64,000 bases of DNA from Rebecca billardiae RCC1528. Its lineage: Eukaryota; Protista; Haptophyta. Both the position numbers and the translations under genes were made by a program. Position 1 is the stretch's first letter. Every line of letters begins with the position of its first letter. The notes under the pieces are model-generated. The model was not told the origin of the DNA, ran no database searches, and saw only the letters and a program-made list of their open reading frames with translations. This document shows positions 55,401 through 61,400 of the stretch, one piece after another. The DNA is taken from positions 1,860,001-1,924,000 of the forward strand of contig OZ251225.1 of NCBI GenBank assembly GCA_965240325.2, given 5' to 3'.

Positions 55401-58400
55401 GCGGCGGGGACGGCGGAGGGCTCGGCGGTGGGCTTGGTGGCGGGCTCGGCGGCGGCGACGGCGGTGGGTTGGGTGGTGGTGACGGTGGTGGCGAGGGCGG
55501 CGGTGAGGGCGGCGGCGACGGCGGCGGCGGTGACGGTGGTGGCGAGGGCGGAGGCGAGGGCGGTGGTGACGGTGGTGGCGAGGGCGGTGGTGAGGGCGGT
55601 GGGCTGGGCGGTGGGCTGGGCGGTGGCGATGGTGGCGGGCTCGGAGGCGGGCTGGGCGGCGGCGACGGCGGTGGGCTCGGCGGCGGCGGGCTGGGCGGAG
55701 GCGATGGCGGTGGGCTGGGCGGAGGCGACGGCGGTGGGCTCGGCGGTGGGCTCGGCGGCGGGCTTGGTGGTGGCGATGGCGGTGGGCTTGGCGGTGGCGA
55801 TGGCGGTGGGCTTGGCGGCGGTGACGGCGGTGGGCTCGGAGGCGGCGGGCTCGGCGGCGGGCTCGGTGGCGGTGATGGCGGCGGGGACGGCGGAGGGCTC
55901 GGCGGTGGGCTTGGTGGCGGGCTCGGCGGCGGCGATGGCGGTGGGCTGGGTGGTGGTGACGGTGGTGGCGAGGGCGGCGGTGAGGGCGGCGGCGACGGCG
56001 GCGGCGGTGACGGTGGTGGCGAGGGCGGAGGCGAGGGCGGTGGTGACGGTGGTGGCGAGGGCGGTGGTGAGGGCGGTGGGCTGGGCGGTGGGCTGGGCGG
56101 TGGCGATGGTGGCGGGCTCGGAGGCGGGCTGGGCGGCGGCGACGGCGGAAGGCTCGGCGGTGGCGGGCTGGGCGGAGGCGACGGCGGTGGGCTGGGCGGA
56201 GGCGACGGCGGTGGGCTCGGCGGTGGGCTCGGCGGCGGGCTTGGTGGTGGCGATGGCGGTGGGCTTGGCGGTGGCGATGGAGGTGGGCTTGGCGGCGGTG
56301 ACGGCGGTGGGCTCGGAGGCGGCGGGCTCGGCGGCGGGCTCGGTGGCGGTGATGGCGGCGGGGACGGCGGAGGGCTCGGCGGTGGGCTTGGTGGCGGGCT
56401 CGGCGGCGGCGACGGCGGTGGGCTGGGTGGTGGTGACGGTGGTGGCGAGGGCGGCGGTGAGGGCGGCGGCGACGGCGGCGGCGGTGACGGTGGTGGCGAG
56501 GGCGGAGGCGAGGGCGGTGGTGACGGTGGTGGCGAGGGCGGTGGTGAGGGCGGTGGGCTGGGCGGTGGGCTGGGCGGTGGCGATGGTGGCGGGCTCGGAG
56601 GCGGGCTGGGCGGCGGCGACGGCGGTGGGCTCGGCGGCGGCGGGCTGGGCGGAGGCGATGGCGGTGGGCTGGGCGGAGGCGACGGCGGTGGGCTCGGCGG
56701 TGGGCTCGGCGGCGGGCTTGGTGGTTGCGATGGCGGTGGGCTTGGCGGCGGGCTCGGCGGTGGGCTTGGCGGCGGTGACGGCGGTGGGCTCGGAGGCGGC
56801 GGGCTCGGCGGCGGGCTCGGTGGCGGTGATGGCGGCGGAGACGGCGGAGGGCTCGGCGGTGGGCTTGGTGGCGGGCTCGGCGGCGGCGACGGCGGTGGGC
56901 TGGGTGGTGGTGACGGTGGTGGCGAGGGCGGCGGTAAGGGCGGCGGCGACGGCGGCGGCGGTGACGGTGGTGGCGAGGGCGGAGGCGAGGGCGGTGGTGA
57001 CGGTGGTGGCGAGGGCGGTGGTGAGGGCGGTGGGCTGGGCGGTGGGCTGGGTGGTGGCGATGGTGGCGGGCTCGGAGGCGGGCTGGGCGGCGGCGACGGC
57101 GGAGGGCTCGGCGGCGGCGGGCTGGGCGGAGGCGATGGCGGTGGGCTGGGCGGAGGCGACGGCGGTGGGCTCGGCGGTGGGCTCGGCGGAGGGCTTGGTG
57201 GTGGCGATGGCGGTGGGCTTGGCGGTGGCGATGGGGGTGGGCTTGGCGGCGGTGACGGCGGTGGGCTCGGAGGCGGCGGGCTCGGCGGCGGGCTCGGTGG
57301 CGGTGATGGCGGCGGGGACGGCGGAGGGCTCGGCGGTGGGCTTGGTGGCGGGCTCGGCGGCGGCGACGGCGGTGGGTTGGGTGGTGGTGACGGTGGTGGC
57401 GAGGGCGGCGGTGAGGGCGGCGGCGACGGCGGCGGCGGTGACGGTGGTGGCGAGGGCGGAGGCGAGGGCGGTGGTGACGGTGGTGGCGAGGGCGGTGGTG
57501 AGGGCGGTGGGCTGGGCGGTGGGCTGGGCGGTGGCGATGGTGGCGGGCTCGGAGGCGGGCTGGGCGGCGGCGACGGCGGTGGGCTCGGCGGCGGCGGGCT
57601 TGGCGGAGGCGATGGCGGTGGGCTGGGCGGAGGCGACGGCGGTGGGCTCGGCGGTGGGCTCGGCGGCGGGCTTGGTGGTGGCGATGGCGGTGGGCTTGGC
57701 GGTGGCGATGGCGGTGGGCTTGGCGGCGGTGACGGCGGTGGGCTCGGAGGCGGCGGGCTCGGCGGCGGGCTCGGTGGCGGTGATGGCGGCGGGGACGGCG
57801 GAGGGCTCGGCGGTGGGCTTGGTGGCGGGCTCGGCGGCGGCGATGGCGGTGGGCTGGGTGGTGGTGACGGTGGTGGCGAGGGCGGCGGTGAGGGCGGCGG
57901 CGACGGCGGCGGCGGTGACGGTGGTGGCGAGGGCGGAGGCGAGGGCGGTGGTGACGGTGGTGGCGAGGGCGGTGGTGAGGGCGGTGGGCTGGGCGGTGGG
58001 CTGGGCGGTGGCGATGGTGGCGGGCTCGGAGGCGGGCTGGGCGGCGGCGACGGCGGTGGGCTCGGCGGCGGCGGGCTGGGCGGAGGCGATGGCGGTGGGC
58101 TGGGCGGAGGCGACGGCGGTGGGCTCGGCGGTGGGCTCGGCGGCGGGCTTGGTGGTGGCGATGGCGGTGGGCTTGGCGGCGGGCTCGGCGGTGGGCTTGG
58201 CGGCGGTGACGGCGGTGGGCTCGGAGGCGGCGGGCTCGGCGGCGGGCTCGGTGGCGGTGATGGCGGCGGGGACGGCGGTGGGCTCGGCGGTGGGCTTGGT
58301 GGCGGGCTCGGCGGCGGCGATGGCGGTGGGCTGGGTGGTGGTGACGGTGGTGGCGAGGGCGGCGGTGAGGGCGGCGGCGACGGCGGCGGCGGTGACGGTG

Positions 58401-61400
58401 GTGGCGAGGGCGGAGGCGAGGGCGGTGGTGACGGTGGTGGCGAGGGCGGTGGTGAGGGCGGTGGGCTGGGCGGTGGGCTGGGCGGTGGCGATGGTGGCGG
58501 GCTCGGAGGCGGGCTGGGCGGCGGCGACGGCGGTGGGCTCGGCGGCGGCGGGCTGGGCGGAGGCGACGGCGGTGGGCTGGGCGGAGGCGACGGCGGTGGG
58601 CTCGGCGGTGGGCTCGGCGGCGGGCTTGGTGGTGGCGATGGCGGTGGGCTTGGCGGTGGCGATGGCGGTGGGCTTGGCGGTGGTGACGGCGGTGGGCTCG
58701 GAGGCGGCGGGCTCGGCGGCGGGCTCGGTGGCGGTGATGGCGGCGGGGACGGCGGAGGGCTCGGCGGTGGGCTTGGTGGCGGGCTCGGCGGCGGCGACGG
58801 CGGTGGGCTGGGTGGTGGTGACGGTGGTGGCGAGGGCGGCGGTGAGGGCGGCGGCGACGGCGGCGGCGGTGACGGTGGTGGCGAGGGCGGAGGCGAGGGC
58901 GGTGGTGACGGTGGTGGCGAGGGCGGTGGTGAGGGCGGTGGGCTGGGCGGTGGGCTGGGCGGTGGCGATGGTGGCGGGCTCGGAGGCGGGCTGGGCGGCG
59001 GCGACGGCGGTGGGCTCGGCGGCGGCGGGCTGGGCGGAGGCGATGGCGGTGGGCTGGGCGGAGGCGACGGCGGTGGGCTCGGCGGTGGGCTCGGCGGCGG
59101 GCTTGGTGGTGGCGATGGCGGTGGGCTTGGCGGTGGCGATGGCGGCGGGCTTGGCGGTGGTGACGGCGGTGGGCTCGGAGGCGGCGGGCTCGGCGGCGGG
59201 CTCGGTGGCGGTGATGGCGGCGGGGACGGCGGAGGGCTCGGCGGTGGGCTTGGTGGCGGGCTCGGCGGCGGCGACGGCGGTGGGTTGGGTGGTGGTGACG
59301 GTGGTGGCGAGGGCGGCGGTGAGGGCGGCGGCGACGGCGGCGGCGGTGACGGTGGTGGCGAGGGCGGAGGCGAGGGCGGTGGTGACGGTGGTGGCGAGGG
59401 CGGTGGTGAGGGCGGTGGGCTGGGCGGTGGGCTGGGCGGTGGCGATGGTGGCGGGCTCGGAGGCGGGCTGGGCGGCGGCGACGGCGGTGGGCTCGGCGGC
59501 GGCGGGCTGGGCGGAGGCGATGGCGGTGGGCTGGGCGGAGGCGACGGCGGTGGGCTCGGCGGTGGGCTCGGCGGCGGGCTTGGTGGTGGCGATGGCGGTG
59601 GGCTTGGCGGTGGCGATGGCGGTGGGCTTGGCGGCGGTGACGGCGGTGGGCTCGGAGGCGGCGGGCTCGGCGGCGGGCTCGGTGGCGGTGATGGCGGCGG
59701 GGACGGCGGAGGGCTCGGCGGTGGGCTTGGTGGCGGGCTCGGCGGCGGCGATGGCGGTGGGCTGGGTGGTGGTGACGGTGGTGGCGAGGGCGGCGGTGAG
59801 GGCGGCGGCGACGGCGGCGGCGGTGACGGTGGTGGCGAGGGCGGAGGCGAGGGCGGTGGTGACGGTGGTGGCGAGGGCGGTGGTGAGGGCGGTGGGCTGG
59901 GCGGTGGGCTGGGCGGTGGCGATGGTGGCGGGCTCGGAGGCGGGCTGGGCGGCGGCGACGGCGGAAGGCTCGGCGGTGGCGGGCTGGGCGGAGGCGACGG
60001 CGGTGGGCTGGGCGGAGGCGACGGCGGTGGGCTCGGCGGTGGGCTCGGCGGCGGGCTTGGTGGTGGCGATGGCGGTGGGCTTGGCGGTGGCGATGGAGGT
60101 GGGCTTGGCGGCGGTGACGGCGGTGGGCTCGGAGGCGGCGGGCTCGGCGGCGGGCTCGGTGGCGGTGATGGCGGCGGGGACGGCGGAGGGCTCGGCGGTG
60201 GGCTTGGTGGCGGGCTCGGCGGCGGCGACGGCGGTGGGCTGGGTGGTGGTGACGGTGGTGGCGAGGGCGGCGGTGAGGGCGGCGGCGACGGCGGCGGCGG
60301 TGACGGTGGTGGCGAGGGCGGAGGCGAGGGCGGTGGTGACGGTGGTGGCGAGGGCGGTGGTGAGGGCGGTGGGCTGGGCGGTGGGCTGGGCGGTGGCGAT
60401 GGTGGCGGGCTCGGAGGCGGGCTGGGCGGCGGCGACGGCGGTGGGCTCGGCGGCGGCGGGCTGGGCGGAGGCGATGGCGGTGGGCTGGGCGGAGGCGACG
60501 GCGGTGGGCTCGGCGGTGGGCTCGGCGGCGGGCTTGGTGGTTGCGATGGCGGTGGGCTTGGCGGCGGGCTCGGCGGTGGGCTTGGCGGCGGTGACGGCGG
60601 TGGGCTCGGAGGCGGCGGGCTCGGCGGCGGGCTCGGTGGCGGTGATGGCGGCGGGGACGGCGGAGGGCTCGGCGGTGGGCTTGGTGGCGGGCTCGGCGGC
60701 GGCGACGGCGGTGGGCTGGGTGGTGGTGACGGTGGTGGCGAGGGCGGCGGTAAGGGCGGCGGCGACGGCGGCGGCGGTGACGGTGGTGGCGAGGGCGGAG
60801 GCGAGGGCGGTGGTGACGGTGGTGGCGAGGGCGGTGGTGAGGGCGGTGGGCTGGGCGGTGGGCTGGGTGGTGGCGATGGTGGCGGGCTCGGAGGCGGGCT
60901 GGGCGGCGGCGACGGCGGAGGGCTCGGCGGCGGCGGGCTGGGCGGAGGCGATGGCGGTGGGCTGGGCGGAGGCGACGGCGGTGGGCTCGGGCGGTGGGCT
61001 CGGCGGGAGGGCTTGGTGGTGGCGATGGCGGTGGGCTTGGCGGTGGCGATGGGGGTGGGCTTGGCGGCGGTGACGGCGGTGGGCTCGGAGGCGGCGGGCT
61101 CGGCGGCGGGCTCGGTGGCGGTGATGGCGGCGGGGACGGCGGAGGGCTCGGCGGTGGGCTTGGTGGCGGGCTCGGCGGCGGCGACGGCGGTGGGTTGGGT
61201 GGTGGTGACGGTGGTGGCGAGGGCGGCGGTGAGGGCGGCGGCGACGGCGGCGGCGGTGACGGTGGTGGCGAGGGCGGAGGCGAGGGCGGTGGTGACGGTG
61301 GTGGCGAGGGCGGTGGTGAGGGCGGTGGGCTGGGCGGTGGGCTGGGCGGTGGCGATGGTGGCGGGCTCGGAGGCGGGCTGGGCGGCGGCGACGGCGGTGG

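Noticed and set aside
48420-60990. His/Arg-rich portion of the 4613-aa ORF
   Set aside because: It is the shifted frame of the SPPP array, entered only through the 60985-61010 indels. Unit variants are synonymous in the SPPP frame, not in this one.
49008-61073. 4021-aa Ala/Val/Gly-rich plus-strand ORF
   Set aside because: Antisense shadow of the stop-free Pro/Ser repeat.
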